Shown here: one piece after another, positions 38,310-48,704 of the stretch | Layout of the letters: the number at the start of each line of letters is the position of its first letter | Position numbering within the stretch: position 1 is the first letter of the stretch | IMG/VR virus record: IMGVR_UViG_3300046694_000296 | Span: 124,001-188,000 of that record | DNA: 64,000 nt | Strand: one strand, 5' to 3' | Notes under the pieces: generated by a model | Database searches by the model: none | The model's input: the letters and a program-made list of their open reading frames with translations, nothing else | What the model was told of the DNA's origin: nothing | Program-made: the position numbers and the translations under genes

Positions 38310-38557
38310 TCGACATTCCAATCGAACTACCCCCACTTTGGAAAGCCTCGCGCTATGACAACGACTGTGTGCTGATCGAAGCGCCGCACGGCGCAGTCAC
38401 CATCAACGTGAAGGAACGCTCCTACGTGTATGGGACCATGCGCCCGCGCCGCACGGTGCTCGGCGTGGACGTCTATCGTGGGCGCGACTGGCGCAAATAC
38501 CTGTTCGAAGATGCTGTCGAATGTCTCTGGCGATATTCGGAGCTGTCGCATGGCTAA
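38306..38557 (+). CDS. Hypothetical protein
   Basis: ATGA coupling in the operon. Confidence 0.6.
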   Translation: MIDIPIELPPLWKASRYDNDCVLIEAPHGAVTINVKERSYVYGTMRPRRTVLGVDVYRGRDWRKYLFEDAVECLWRYSELSHG

Positions 38558-38753
38558 GAACGCATCGCCGGAAGAAGTTGCGCGCCACAACGACGTCACG
38601 CGCCAGGTCATCATCGGCACGCTCTGCGAGGCGGGGCTCACCTCCACCGTGTCCGTCAGACTCGCGCGGGAAATCATGGACGTTATCGCGCGTCGCGGCT
38701 ACGAGCCGCAGATTCTCGGGCTGAACCAACTCAAGAACGGGAAGAGGATCTGA
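38550..38753 (+). CDS. Hypothetical protein
   Basis: GGAG RBS; coupled to neighbours. Confidence 0.6.
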   Translation: MAKNASPEEVARHNDVTRQVIIGTLCEAGLTSTVSVRLAREIMDVIARRGYEPQILGLNQLKNGKRI

Positions 38754-39196
38754 TGGCTGAGCTGAAGGTCAAGGAGTGGAAACCGTCACCCTGCGGCAAG
38801 TATCAGTCGGCGCAGGTCAAGAAGGGCCACAACCTCTACGGCGAGATCCGCAAATACACGAACGGCATGAGCATCTACTGGGCCTTCAGGAAGCCCGACG
38901 AGGTGTTCGTGGAGCTTGACGCCTGGGCGATCGACACCGAGACGATCTCCGTGATGAAGAGCCGGCGCGTCACCCACATCGGCATCCTCGTCTCGAACGG
39001 CGACCAATACCTGACGCGCATCGAGACGATGACCGACAAGGACAAAGGTGCGGTCGTCCTCAACTACACCACCCATCGCGGCGCACGCGGCAAGTTCGGC
39101 GCCCGGCAGTGGTATCTGCCGCGCAGCCAGTTCGTGCAGCAACTCGCGCCGCCCGAGTCCACCATCGAGCAGATGAAGATCAAAGGACGAAGATAA
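38753..39196 (+). CDS. Hypothetical protein
   Basis: TGATG coupling; good codon usage. Confidence 0.7.
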   Translation: MAELKVKEWKPSPCGKYQSAQVKKGHNLYGEIRKYTNGMSIYWAFRKPDEVFVELDAWAIDTETISVMKSRRVTHIGILVSNGDQYLTRIETMTDKDKGAVVLNYTTHRGARGKFGARQWYLPRSQFVQQLAPPESTIEQMKIKGRR

Positions 39197-39252
39197 GTAA
39201 GCCGTTACGTGTTTGCTACAATCGGTCATTCTGAAATGAGGGAACCAACACG

Positions 39253-39660
39253 ATGATTCTAGCCACAGCGCTTTTATGCCTGACCATGAATGTTTACTTC
39301 GAGGCCCGCGACCAACCGATTGCCGGGCAATACGCAGTCGCCGCCGTCACCATGAACCGCGCGGCCGACGATCCGAAACAGGTCTGCGATGTGGTGATGC
39401 AGCCGCATCAATTCAGCTGGACCGATAAGCTCCTCCAGCGCGACGAAGTGGGCTGGAAGCTGCGCAAGGCCGGCGTGCCCAAGGACGACTTCGCATGGGC
39501 TATGGCAAGCCGAGTCGCCTTCAACACGCTCAATGGCCACAAGATCGACGCCACGCACGGCGCGACCTACTATCACACGAAGGAAGTGCGCCCCGCGTGG
39601 CGCAAGCAATTCATCCACGCAGTGACGATCGGCGACCACGTTTTTTATCGCGTAACGTAA
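39253..39660 (+). CDS. Cell wall hydrolase (SleB/Hydrolase_2)
   Basis: CL..NVYFEAR....GQ.AVA.V.MNR...QFSW...GATYYH...IGDHVFY. Confidence 0.9.
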   Translation: MILATALLCLTMNVYFEARDQPIAGQYAVAAVTMNRAADDPKQVCDVVMQPHQFSWTDKLLQRDEVGWKLRKAGVPKDDFAWAMASRVAFNTLNGHKIDATHGATYYHTKEVRPAWRKQFIHAVTIGDHVFYRVT

Positions 39661-39678
39661 GCAACGCGTTACTATACT
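39658..39678 (+). promoter_or_regulatory. Operator + -10 box
   Basis: TAAGCAACGCGTTAC-TATACT. Confidence 0.7.
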
Positions 39679-39731
39679 ATCACCTGTAGCGAACAAGTTT
39701 CACCCTATCAACCACTCAGGAGTCACCTCGC

Positions 39732-40277
39732 ATGTCCATCTCGTCGTTCTTCTCCAAGCTGTTCACACACGTATTCACGTGGGGCTTCCTGCTCTACGGT
39801 CTGCTCGCCCCGGCGCATGGCTACGAAAACCTCGCTGTGTTCTCGGTCGGCATGATCTCGCTGATGTCGCTCATCGGCACGCTCGTGAGTGGCGGCATCG
39901 CCTCGGTCGACGTTCCGGGCAGTCGCTTCGGGAAGATCGCCTTCAAGCTGTTCCAGTGGTCATCCATGTTCCTGGTCATTGCGCTGGCTGAGCATGGGCA
40001 CTTCATATCGGCAGCGCTGCTGACGCTCAACTTCTTCGTCCATGACGCCGCATACCGCGCCTTCCGTGCACGAGAGAAAGCCATCAAGCAGATGCTCAGG
40101 GAGTTCGCCGACGAGATGAAAGCCTACGACCAGCAGGTTGCGGCCGACGTCCAGCGTGCCAACGACGAGTATCGCGACGAGAAGCCGACAACGGTGAAGG
40201 CAGATCCGAAAGCCCCGCGTGACCCCGCCTTCGGTTACCCGTTCACCCCGCACGACATCGCCGCGACCAGCGCGTAA
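39732..40277 (+). CDS. Membrane protein
   Basis: About four hydrophobic segments; own promoter and operator. Confidence 0.7.
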   Translation: MSISSFFSKLFTHVFTWGFLLYGLLAPAHGYENLAVFSVGMISLMSLIGTLVSGGIASVDVPGSRFGKIAFKLFQWSSMFLVIALAEHGHFISAALLTLNFFVHDAAYRAFRAREKAIKQMLREFADEMKAYDQQVAADVQRANDEYRDEKPTTVKADPKAPRDPAFGYPFTPHDIAATSA

Positions 40278-40375
40278 CGCATCACCAGCAGTAGAAACAG
40301 GGGCCGCGTGCCCCTGTTCAGCTTCCAGACATCGGTCAGCACAATGACCGTATCAAATTGAAAACGAGGGAAACC

Positions 40376-41443
40376 ATGCAGCCATATGGGCTTCTGAGCG
40401 ACACACACCTGCACGAATGGAGCGCGTTTGCGCAGACCGGCGACGATCTGGTCAACACCCGCCTCAAGACCATCCAAGACGAGTTCTACCGCTGCGCCGA
40501 CGAGACGAAGAAGGCGGGCGGCGACACCGTGTATCACGGCGGTGATCTGTTTCATGTGCGCGGGTCGGTTACGCCGCCCGTGCTGAATACGACGCTCGCA
40601 ATGTTCGCGCGTATCTACCGCGAGCTTGGCGTGAAGTTTCGCCTGCTCCCGGGCAATCACGACCTGACACACAAGCACAGCAACGCAGTTGGCAATGCGG
40701 TCGAAGCGATGCGCAGCGATTGGGTGGAGGTCGGCCACGACGTGCAGATCCACGAGGACCACAACGTTGTGATGGTGCCCTGGATCGAGCGTGTCGAAGA
40801 CCTGAAGGCAAAGCTCGTCGAAATCCGCGACGACATCGGCAGCATCTCCCCTGGCTCGCTCAGCAACTCCGACCTCATCATCCATGCGCCGATCGACGGC
40901 GTGATCGCAGGTCTGCCCGACCACGGCCTGACCGGGGCGTGGCTCGCGGAGCTCGGCTTCAAGCGTGTCTTCTCGGGCCACTACCACGCGCACAAGGAAA
41001 TCGTGCCCGGCAAGGTGTGGTCGATCGGTGCCTCGACACATCAAACATGGGGCGATACGGGCACGAAGGCGGGCTTCCTCATCGTCGGCGAGAACGATGT
41101 CAAGTGGCACTGCTCGCGGGCGCCGCACTTTGTGGACATCGAAGCGGGCATGGACCCGAGCGAGGTGGCGCTGCGCTGCGACGGAAATTACGTCCGCGTC
41201 AAAGTCAGCAACGCCAAGCCGAGCGAGGTCACTGCGATCCGTGACGCGCTCACGAAGCACGGCGCGCTCGGGGTGAGCGTCAATGTCGTGAAGACGCCGA
41301 CCACGGGCCGCGCATCGACGAGCACAGTGAAAGCGGGCGCATCGCTTGAGGTGCAGGTGACGGATTACGTGAAGGCCGGCAGCTTCGAGCATGCCGATTT
41401 GGTTGCGCAGGGCGCAATCGCAGTTCTCGCGGAGGCAGTGTAA
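40376..41443 (+). CDS. SbcD/Mre11-like nuclease
   Basis: SDTH, GDLFH, GNHD and GHYH metallophosphoesterase motifs; adjacent to an SbcC-like gene. Confidence 0.88.
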   Translation: MQPYGLLSDTHLHEWSAFAQTGDDLVNTRLKTIQDEFYRCADETKKAGGDTVYHGGDLFHVRGSVTPPVLNTTLAMFARIYRELGVKFRLLPGNHDLTHKHSNAVGNAVEAMRSDWVEVGHDVQIHEDHNVVMVPWIERVEDLKAKLVEIRDDIGSISPGSLSNSDLIIHAPIDGVIAGLPDHGLTGAWLAELGFKRVFSGHYHAHKEIVPGKVWSIGASTHQTWGDTGTKAGFLIVGENDVKWHCSRAPHFVDIEAGMDPSEVALRCDGNYVRVKVSNAKPSEVTAIRDALTKHGALGVSVNVVKTPTTGRASTSTVKAGASLEVQVTDYVKAGSFEHADLVAQGAIAVLAEAV

Positions 41444-43405
41444 ATGGAGATTCTTAAACTACGAGCGGTCAACTTCCTGACGCTCGGTGACTCGGGCGAC
41501 CTGCTGCTCAAGGACCGCGGTTTGGTCCTGATTCAAGGCGTCAACAACGACGACCCGTCCGCGATCTCGAACGGTGCGGGCAAGAGCTCCATCGCCGACG
41601 CGCTGTGCTGGGCGCTTTACGGCACCACCGCACGCGAAGAGTCGGGCGATTCCGTCATCAACAAGAAGGCGAAGAAGGGCACCTACGTGTCGGTGATCCT
41701 GCAAGACGGCGAGACGGTTTACGACATTCGCCGCCACCGCAAGGACAAGCAGTTCAAGAACGCGACCACGATCACGCGCTGGAACCCGGCCGCCGAGTAT
41801 GAGAACGGTGCGCAGGGCGAGCGCATCGAGAAGGGCACCGAGAAGGAGATCCAGCTGCAGATCAATGAGATCGTCGGCTGCAACTACGACGTGTTCAAGT
41901 CGGCCATCTACGCCGGCCAGGAGGATATGCCCGACCTGCCGAAGATGACCGACAAGCCGCTCAAGATGCTCATCGAGAAGGCGTCGGGCATCGAACGACT
42001 GGAGTCGGCCTACACGATTGCGAACCGTAAGCACGACGAGGCAAAGGCGGCGGTCGAATCGGTCAACACGAAGATCGCGCTGCTGGAGAACCAGATCGTC
42101 AACTGGAAAGTGTCGCTCGCGAACGCCGAGGTCAAGCACAAGGAGTTCGAGGACAACCGCCCGGTCACGCAGCAATACTTCCTGAAGGAAGCTGAGACGA
42201 TCGCCGCGTGTCTGAAAGACAACTTCGCGAAGTTCCAGGCGGTCGGCGAGGCTGCACTGATCGAGGAGCGCGACAAGCTGCAAGCGATCCTCGCAGATCA
42301 CAGCAAGTTCACGACCGAAGCACGCGCGCTGCATGGCGTCGCGGTGCAGGCCGAATCAAGCCTCGCTGCGTGGAACCGCAGCTATGAAATGCAGCGGGCC
42401 GACATGTTGCGCGCGGTGGAAGCCGTGAAGAATGCCCCCGCAGCGATGGCGAAGCCCTGCACCGAATGTGGCAAGCCGCATACCGCCGAAGAGCTGGACG
42501 AGTTCGTCGCACACCAGACCAAGCGCGCGAAGGAGTTGGCAGCGCAGGTAGCGACGGTTCAGGCGACGGTGACCGAGCATCAGAACGACCACGCCGCGAA
42601 GCTGCGCGCGTATGAGGATTTCCTGAAGACGATTCCCGACGTGTCGGCTACGAGCACGCGGCTCGCCGAGGTCAACAAGAGCCTCGCCTACGCGGCCGCC
42701 CTGCGCAGCGCCGTGCAGCGCGACAAGCAGAACTACGACCGCATGAAGGAAGAGGCGGCGAAGGCGCTCACGACCGTCAACCCGCACCAGTCCGCGATCG
42801 ACTTGGGCCGGGAGAACGTGGGCAAGTGCGAGCAGGCGATCGACAAGCTCAAGGCTGACGCGGCCGAGCTCATCAAGGCGGTCGAAGTCGCGGCGAGCGT
42901 CGCGAAGGTGTTCAGCCCCGGTGGCGTGCGTGCGCAGATCCTCGATACGGTCACGCCGTTCCTGAACGATCGCACCAGCGACTACCTGTCGGCGCTCTCC
43001 GACGGGAACATCAGCGCCGTGTGGTCGACACTGAGCACGACCGCGAAGGGCGAGCTCCGCGAGAAATTCAACATCGAGGTCGAGAACGCCACCGGTGCTG
43101 AGTCGTTCGGTGGTCTGTCGGGCGGGGAAAAGCGCAAGGTCAGGCTCGCGACGATGCTCGCGCTGCAAGACTTGGTGGCCTCCCGCGCGACCAAGCCGAT
43201 CAACCTGTGGCTCGGCGACGAGATTGACGATGCGCTCGACGCAGCGGGCCTCGAACGGCTCATGACCGTGCTGGAGCAGAAGGCGCGCGAGAAGGGAACC
43301 GTGCTGATTATCAGCCACGAAAGCCTCGCCGATTGGGTGGATCAGGTCTGCACCGTCACGAAGGAAGGCGGGCAATCGACCGTGACCGGAGCGCTCTGCG
43401 CATGA
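41444..43405 (+). CDS. SbcC/Rad50-like ATPase
   Basis: NGAGKS, CTEC zinc hook, LSGGE signature, DE and ISH motifs. Confidence 0.92.
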   Translation: MEILKLRAVNFLTLGDSGDLLLKDRGLVLIQGVNNDDPSAISNGAGKSSIADALCWALYGTTAREESGDSVINKKAKKGTYVSVILQDGETVYDIRRHRKDKQFKNATTITRWNPAAEYENGAQGERIEKGTEKEIQLQINEIVGCNYDVFKSAIYAGQEDMPDLPKMTDKPLKMLIEKASGIERLESAYTIANRKHDEAKAAVESVNTKIALLENQIVNWKVSLANAEVKHKEFEDNRPVTQQYFLKEAETIAACLKDNFAKFQAVGEAALIEERDKLQAILADHSKFTTEARALHGVAVQAESSLAAWNRSYEMQRADMLRAVEAVKNAPAAMAKPCTECGKPHTAEELDEFVAHQTKRAKELAAQVATVQATVTEHQNDHAAKLRAYEDFLKTIPDVSATSTRLAEVNKSLAYAAALRSAVQRDKQNYDRMKEEAAKALTTVNPHQSAIDLGRENVGKCEQAIDKLKADAAELIKAVEVAASVAKVFSPGGVRAQILDTVTPFLNDRTSDYLSALSDGNISAVWSTLSTTAKGELREKFNIEVENATGAESFGGLSGGEKRKVRLATMLALQDLVASRATKPINLWLGDEIDDALDAAGLERLMTVLEQKAREKGTVLIISHESLADWVDQVCTVTKEGGQSTVTGALCA

Positions 43406-43920
43406 GCGCGCGAAACAAGAAGTCCAGCGTGCTCGACGACCTTGTGGCGAGCGCCACCCAGTTCACACGATATGAGGAGAATCGAAGCATGACACTCGAT
43501 GCCAAGCAGAAGGCAGCAGACGAGATAGCCGCACGCATTAACAGCGGGCTGCGCGGACACGGACGCACGTCGTTCAAGCTCACCGGCCCGGCGCAACTGA
43601 CCATCAAGACGCGCCAGTCGCAATACAAGAAGAAGGCATTCTTGGGCGACGAGGAGATGGCGCTCACCAGCGCATACGCGGGCAAGCGCGGCGACGTGAT
43701 CGCGGTGTTCAAGAACAACGTGCCGACCGAATACGCCTACATCGAAATTCCGCTGATGGAAGCGCGCGAGCGACTGAGTGGCTTTTCAGATTTCATTGCG
43801 GCGCTCAACATCGAGGACTTCGACAAGATCGTCGATGGCATCGAGCAGGGTATCGCGCAGGCAGCCGCCGTCGAGCGCGAAGAGGCAATGGCAGAATCCC
43901 CCGAGTTTGGTAGCTGGTAA
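43402..43920 (+). CDS. Hypothetical protein with C-terminal GSW tag
   Basis: Ends ESPEFGSW; alternative start 43489 with GAGGAG RBS. Confidence 0.7.
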   Translation: MSARNKKSSVLDDLVASATQFTRYEENRSMTLDAKQKAADEIAARINSGLRGHGRTSFKLTGPAQLTIKTRQSQYKKKAFLGDEEMALTSAYAGKRGDVIAVFKNNVPTEYAYIEIPLMEARERLSGFSDFIAALNIEDFDKIVDGIEQGIAQAAAVEREEAMAESPEFGSW

Positions 43921-43932
43921 AAGGAAAGGAAC

Positions 43933-44499
43933 ATGAAACTCAAGTTGGTCGGCTTGGACCCGAGCCTCACAAATACGGGCATCGCGATCATGGAATACGA
44001 CACCGACACGTGCGCGCTGTCGGTTGCGAAGCTCCATCTGGTCGAGACGGAAAACCAGAAGGGCAAGCAGGTGCGCCAGAACTCTGACGACCTGCGTCGC
44101 TGTCGCGAGATCGTCGCGGGCATGCGCGCCGCGTGCGACGGCGCGCTCTTCGCCATCTCTGAAGTGCCCACGGGCGCGCAGAGCGCCCGGGCAGCGCTCG
44201 CATTCGGTATGGTCATCGGCATGCTCGCGACGCTGCCTGTGCCGCTCATTCAGGTCACGCCGACCGAGGTGAAGCTCGCCGCAGTCGGGCACCGCCAGGC
44301 CGCGAAGGAGGAAATGATCGAGTGGGCGATGGGCCGGCACCCGAACGCGGGCTGGCTCACGAAGAAGGTCAAGGGCGTGGTTTCCCCGGTCGCCAAGAAC
44401 GAACACTTGGCCGATGCGGTCGCGGTCGTCGAGGCTGGAATTCTGACCGACCAGTTCAAGCAAGCCGTCGCCATGCTGTCGTTCGCGAAGGCAGCTTGA
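43933..44499 (+). CDS. RuvC-like Holliday junction resolvase
   Basis: VGLDPSLTNTG, SE, PTEVK, K.EM and HLADA motifs. Confidence 0.85.
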   Translation: MKLKLVGLDPSLTNTGIAIMEYDTDTCALSVAKLHLVETENQKGKQVRQNSDDLRRCREIVAGMRAACDGALFAISEVPTGAQSARAALAFGMVIGMLATLPVPLIQVTPTEVKLAAVGHRQAAKEEMIEWAMGRHPNAGWLTKKVKGVVSPVAKNEHLADAVAVVEAGILTDQFKQAVAMLSFAKAA

Positions 44500-44632
44500 G
44501 CGCGCAAGCGCTCTGCCTACCTATACTGAAAAGGGAAGAGGTCGCAAGGGCGACTTATTTTTTGGCTTTGCTGTAGAGTAACCGCTGACTTACAATCTCT
44601 TCCCCCTCTCCGAACGAACCCGAGAAACACTG

Positions 44633-46909
44633 ATGAACGTGATTAAGCGTGACGGCTCAAGCGAGCCGCTGGACATTGCCAAGATTCAAAAATGCGTCGA
44701 ATGGGCCTGTGCGGGCCTGAACGTGTCGCAGTCCGAGCTCGAGACGAGCGTCGGCGACATGCTCTTCGACGGCATGAGCACCCAAGACATTCACCGCGCG
44801 ACGATTCTCGCCGCCGCGGGCCTGATCTCCCTCGCTGCACCGGACTACACGTTCGTCGCTGCGCGCCTCTTGAAGCAGCAGATCTTCAAGGAATCGGTCG
44901 GCTCGATCAACTACCCGCACCTGTCTGAATACGTGGGCGCAGCGGTCGCTGCCGAGAAGCTGACGCCTGAGCTGACGGATGGCCGCTTCGACCTGGAAAA
45001 GCTCAACGACGCCATCGTGCCGGACCGCGACTACCAGTTCGACTATCTGGGCCTGCAAACGCTCGCCGATCGCTACTTCATCCGTGAGACGCCCGACGGC
45101 CGCATCATGGAGATGCCGCAGCACTTCTTCATGCGCTGCGCGATGGGCCTGGCCCTGCGCGAAGACAACCCGACCGCCCGGGCCATCGAGTTCTACACGG
45201 TCCTGTCGAGCTTCGAATTCATCAACTCTACCCCGACGCTGTTCAACTCGGCGACGCTGCACCAGCAAATGTCGTCCTGCTACGGCAACCGCGTGGGCGA
45301 CTCCATCGTGTCGGACCCGGGCGCGCACCCCTACGACTCGATCTACGGCGCGATCACCGAATGCGCGCTGCTGTCGAAGTATGCCGGTGGCATCGGCACC
45401 GACTGGACGCCTGTGCGCGGCAAGAACAGCCACATCAAGGGCACCAACGGGAAGTCCTCGGGCGTCGTGCCTTACCTGAAGGTCTACAACGACACCGCGG
45501 TCGCCGTGAACCAAGGCGGCAAGCGCAAGGGCTCGTTCGCGCCGTATCTGGAGACGTGGCACCCGGACCTGCCGGCCTTCCTGCAACTGCGTAAGAACAC
45601 GGGCGACGAGCACGCCCGCGCGCACGACATTTTCCCGGCGAACTGGATTCCCGACCTCTTCATGGAGCGCGTCGAGCAGAAGGGCAAGTGGCACTTCTTC
45701 GATCCGCACCAGCACCCGGACCTGCACGAGCTGCACGGCGACGCCTTCAAGGCCCGCTACGAGGAGCTGGAAGCACAGGGCGCATACGTGGGCGAGGTCG
45801 AAGCGCTCTCGCTCTGGAAGGATATGCTGACCGCCTTGTTCGAGACGGGCAACCCGTGGATGACGTGGAAGGACGAGATGAATCGTCGCAACCCGCAAAG
45901 CCACGTCGGGGTGATCCACAACTCGAACCTGTGCACGGAGATCGCACTGAACAACTCGGACACCGAGACGTTCGTGTGCAACCTCGGCAGCGTGAACGTC
46001 GCCAAGGTCAACCCGTTCGACCATCCCGAGCGCTTCGCCGAAGTCGTCGCGACCGCGATGCGGATGCTCGACAACGTGATCGACATCAACTTCTACCCGA
46101 GCGACCGCGCCGCCGAGTCGAACCTGAAGCACCGTCCGGTGGGCCTGGGCCTCATGGGCATGACCGACCTCATGGCGCAAAAGGGCATCGACTGGGAGTC
46201 GGAAGCGTGTCTCCAGTTCAACGACGAGCTGCTGGAAGGGCTCTCGTATTGGGCGATTCACGCCTCGGTGGGCCTCGCGATTCAGCGCGGCGCATACAGC
46301 ACGTTCGCCGGCTCGAAGTGGTCGCAGGGCATCCTGCCGATCGACACGGCACGTGACCAGACGACCAGCGGCAAATACAACTGGGACTACCTGCGCTTCG
46401 CCGTGAAGGCTTACGGCATGCGCAACTGCAACACGATGGCGATTGCGCCGACCGCGACCATCAGCAACATCATCGGCGTGACGCCGTGCATCGAGCCGAA
46501 CTTCGAACTGTTCTTCTCCAAGAAGAACATGGGCGGCAAGTTCCTCGTGCTGGCACCGTCGCTGCGCTACGCGGCACCGGGCTACACGGTCAAGACCTGC
46601 TTCGATATCGACCCGGACTGGATCGTCAAGGCCGCCGCGCGACGCCAGAAGTGGATCGACCAAGCCCAGAGCACGAACATCTGGATCAAGGCGGGCACGA
46701 AGGGCAAGCGCCTGTCGGAGATCTACATCATGGCGTGGAAGCTTGGCCTGAAGACGACCTACTACCTGCGCAGCCAGTCGGCAGAGGAAGCACAGAAGCC
46801 GGCCGATCACGCCGTCGATGCGCTCGCGCCCGCAGTCGATGTGATGGAGCAAGACGTCTCGGCGGGCCTGTGCTCGATCGAGAACCCCGATTGCACGTCC
46901 TGCCAATAA
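44633..46909 (+). CDS. nrdA: Ribonucleotide reductase class I alpha subunit
   Basis: ATP-cone VIKRDG, SNLCTEI, CNLGS, APTATIS, KTTYY and C-terminal CxxC. Confidence 0.96.
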   Translation: MNVIKRDGSSEPLDIAKIQKCVEWACAGLNVSQSELETSVGDMLFDGMSTQDIHRATILAAAGLISLAAPDYTFVAARLLKQQIFKESVGSINYPHLSEYVGAAVAAEKLTPELTDGRFDLEKLNDAIVPDRDYQFDYLGLQTLADRYFIRETPDGRIMEMPQHFFMRCAMGLALREDNPTARAIEFYTVLSSFEFINSTPTLFNSATLHQQMSSCYGNRVGDSIVSDPGAHPYDSIYGAITECALLSKYAGGIGTDWTPVRGKNSHIKGTNGKSSGVVPYLKVYNDTAVAVNQGGKRKGSFAPYLETWHPDLPAFLQLRKNTGDEHARAHDIFPANWIPDLFMERVEQKGKWHFFDPHQHPDLHELHGDAFKARYEELEAQGAYVGEVEALSLWKDMLTALFETGNPWMTWKDEMNRRNPQSHVGVIHNSNLCTEIALNNSDTETFVCNLGSVNVAKVNPFDHPERFAEVVATAMRMLDNVIDINFYPSDRAAESNLKHRPVGLGLMGMTDLMAQKGIDWESEACLQFNDELLEGLSYWAIHASVGLAIQRGAYSTFAGSKWSQGILPIDTARDQTTSGKYNWDYLRFAVKAYGMRNCNTMAIAPTATISNIIGVTPCIEPNFELFFSKKNMGGKFLVLAPSLRYAAPGYTVKTCFDIDPDWIVKAAARRQKWIDQAQSTNIWIKAGTKGKRLSEIYIMAWKLGLKTTYYLRSQSAEEAQKPADHAVDALAPAVDVMEQDVSAGLCSIENPDCTSCQ

Positions 46910-46917
46910 CCTGAAGG

Positions 46918-46939
46918 AAGGGCCGGGCAACCGGCCCTT
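46918..46939 (+). terminator. Hairpin after nrdA
   Basis: AAGGGCCGG-GCAA-CCGGCCCTT. Confidence 0.5.
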
Positions 46940-46946
46940 GTCACCT

Positions 46947-47207
46947 ATGAGCAATGTCATCGACCTCGGCGCCCGACGCGCCGCCAAGCAAGCGCCCGCA
47001 CCTGTTGTCGAAGAAGCGCCGCTGCCGGCCGCCATGCAACAGGCGATCGAGCAGAACTTCGCGCAGATCGGATTTGCGCACTCGCTCGTCGGCCAGGCGC
47101 TTCACTTCTACGCCAATCAGGGCTTCGATCATGGTCAGCACGCACGCGTTGCGCTCGCGGCGATGAACGGCGCTCTCGAACTCGTTCCCGGAGAAACACA
47201 AGCATGA
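46947..47207 (+). CDS. Hypothetical protein
   Basis: MSNVIDL..RR start; ATGA overlap with nrdB. Confidence 0.65.
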   Translation: MSNVIDLGARRAAKQAPAPVVEEAPLPAAMQQAIEQNFAQIGFAHSLVGQALHFYANQGFDHGQHARVALAAMNGALELVPGETQA

Positions 47208-48196
47208 AAACCGCCGCACAGATTATCAACGAACGCCGGCTGGCCTTCGGCCCGAAGTCGGAGCTGATGGCGATCTCGCCCGCCAAGCACAAGTGGGCGC
47301 GCGACATCTGGCGTCAGATGAAAGCGAACAACTGGGACTTGCACGAGACGGATCTGACCGAGGACGGCCCGTGCTGGCGCAGCGGCCGCATGACCGAAGG
47401 GGAGAAGTTCGCCTACGAGAGCGCGCTCGCATTCGCCTCGAACCTCGATGGGTTCCAGCTGCACTCGCTCGCCAACGTCGAGGCGTGCATCACCTCGCCC
47501 GAGGTGGAGATGTGCATCAAGCGCCAGATGTATGAAGAGGCGCTGCACGTCGACGCCTACAGCGAGATGGTCGAGACGATCAGCTCCGATCCGATGAGCG
47601 TCTACATGCGTTTCGAGCGCGACGGCATGCTCGCAGCGAAGAACGAGCACATCCTCGAGCAAAACCATATTCTGAAAGCAGAGCAGACGCCCGCACAGTT
47701 CGCCCGCGCCATCGTCGCGAACATTGCGCTGGAGGGCATCTACTTCTATAGCGCGTTCCTGGTGTTCTACGCGCTCGCACGCAACGGGAAGATGACCGGC
47801 TCGGCCGACAGCGTGAAGCTGATCCACCGCGACGAGCGCACGCACCTCGGCCTCTTCAAGAAGATGCACGAGACGTTCATGGCCGAGAACCCGGAGGTCT
47901 ACGACGCGCAGTTCTGGGCCGACGCAGAGGCGATCCTGAAGGGCGCGGTGGATCTCGAAGCAGCATGGGGCGGCTACATCGTCAGCAAGGGCATGCTGGG
48001 CCTCACGCCGAAGATCATCACCGAGTTCCTGCAGACGACGGCGAACGAACACGCGGTCGATATCGGCCTGGCGCCCCTGTTTCCCGGCGTCAAAGACCCG
48101 GTGCCGTGGTTCGGCCCGTTCTCGCGCGGCGAAGAGTCCAACTTCTTCGAGGCCAAGGTCGGGGACTATGCCGTGGGCACGCTCGACTGGGATTAA
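47204..48196 (+). CDS. nrdB: Ribonucleotide reductase class Ia beta subunit
   Basis: LDG, EEALH..AY, LEGIYFYSAF, RDERTH and NFFE motifs. Confidence 0.95.
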   Translation: MKTAAQIINERRLAFGPKSELMAISPAKHKWARDIWRQMKANNWDLHETDLTEDGPCWRSGRMTEGEKFAYESALAFASNLDGFQLHSLANVEACITSPEVEMCIKRQMYEEALHVDAYSEMVETISSDPMSVYMRFERDGMLAAKNEHILEQNHILKAEQTPAQFARAIVANIALEGIYFYSAFLVFYALARNGKMTGSADSVKLIHRDERTHLGLFKKMHETFMAENPEVYDAQFWADAEAILKGAVDLEAAWGGYIVSKGMLGLTPKIITEFLQTTANEHAVDIGLAPLFPGVKDPVPWFGPFSRGEESNFFEAKVGDYAVGTLDWD

Positions 48197-48210
48197 TTCG
48201 CCGTAACGTA

Positions 48211-48231
48211 TAAGTCACGCGTTACTATACT
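48211..48231 (+). promoter_or_regulatory. Operator + -10 box
   Basis: TAAGTCACGCGTTAC-TATACT. Confidence 0.75.
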
Positions 48232-48275
48232 GTCACCTAACGCCCGGGCAACCGGGCATTACCTGAAGGAAGAGC

Positions 48276-48704
48276 ATGAGAAAGAAACTGATGTGCCTGT
48301 TGAGTGTCGCCGCGCTGTTCGTTGTCACCGCGCTTGCGTTGACCAGCTGCGGCCACCGCGACGACTACGCCTATCCGCAAGCACCGGCGGTCGCCCAAGC
48401 GCCTGTCATCCAGCAAGCGCCCGCGTATGTCGCGCCGCCGGTCACGGTCGTGCAAGCCGCGCCTGCCCATGACGGTTTCCTCACCGGGATGCTGATGGGC
48501 CACCTGATGTCGGGCGGCGGCACACAGAACCACTATTACCACCCGCCTGCGCCCGCGTATCACCCGGCGCCCGTGGTGCGCAACACAACGATCGTCCAGC
48601 GCAACACGACTATCGTGCGACCGGCGGTTGCGGCACCACGCGCCGGGGCATACGTGTATCGCCCATCCCGCCCGAGCAGCTTCGGCTCGTTCAAACGTCG
48701 ATAG
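48276..48704 (+). CDS. Putative lipoprotein (Pro-rich)
   Basis: Signal peptide with lipobox LTSC; GFLTGMLMGHLM motif; basic tail. Confidence 0.7.
   Translation: MRKKLMCLLSVAALFVVTALALTSCGHRDDYAYPQAPAVAQAPVIQQAPAYVAPPVTVVQAAPAHDGFLTGMLMGHLMSGGGTQNHYYHPPAPAYHPAPVVRNTTIVQRNTTIVRPAVAAPRAGAYVYRPSRPSSFGSFKRR

Noticed and set aside
44657-47035. Long minus-strand ORFs (also 250-1566, 3763-5292, 24923-26503, 30341-32044)
   Set aside because: Antisense shadows of real high-GC genes with no recognisable motifs.
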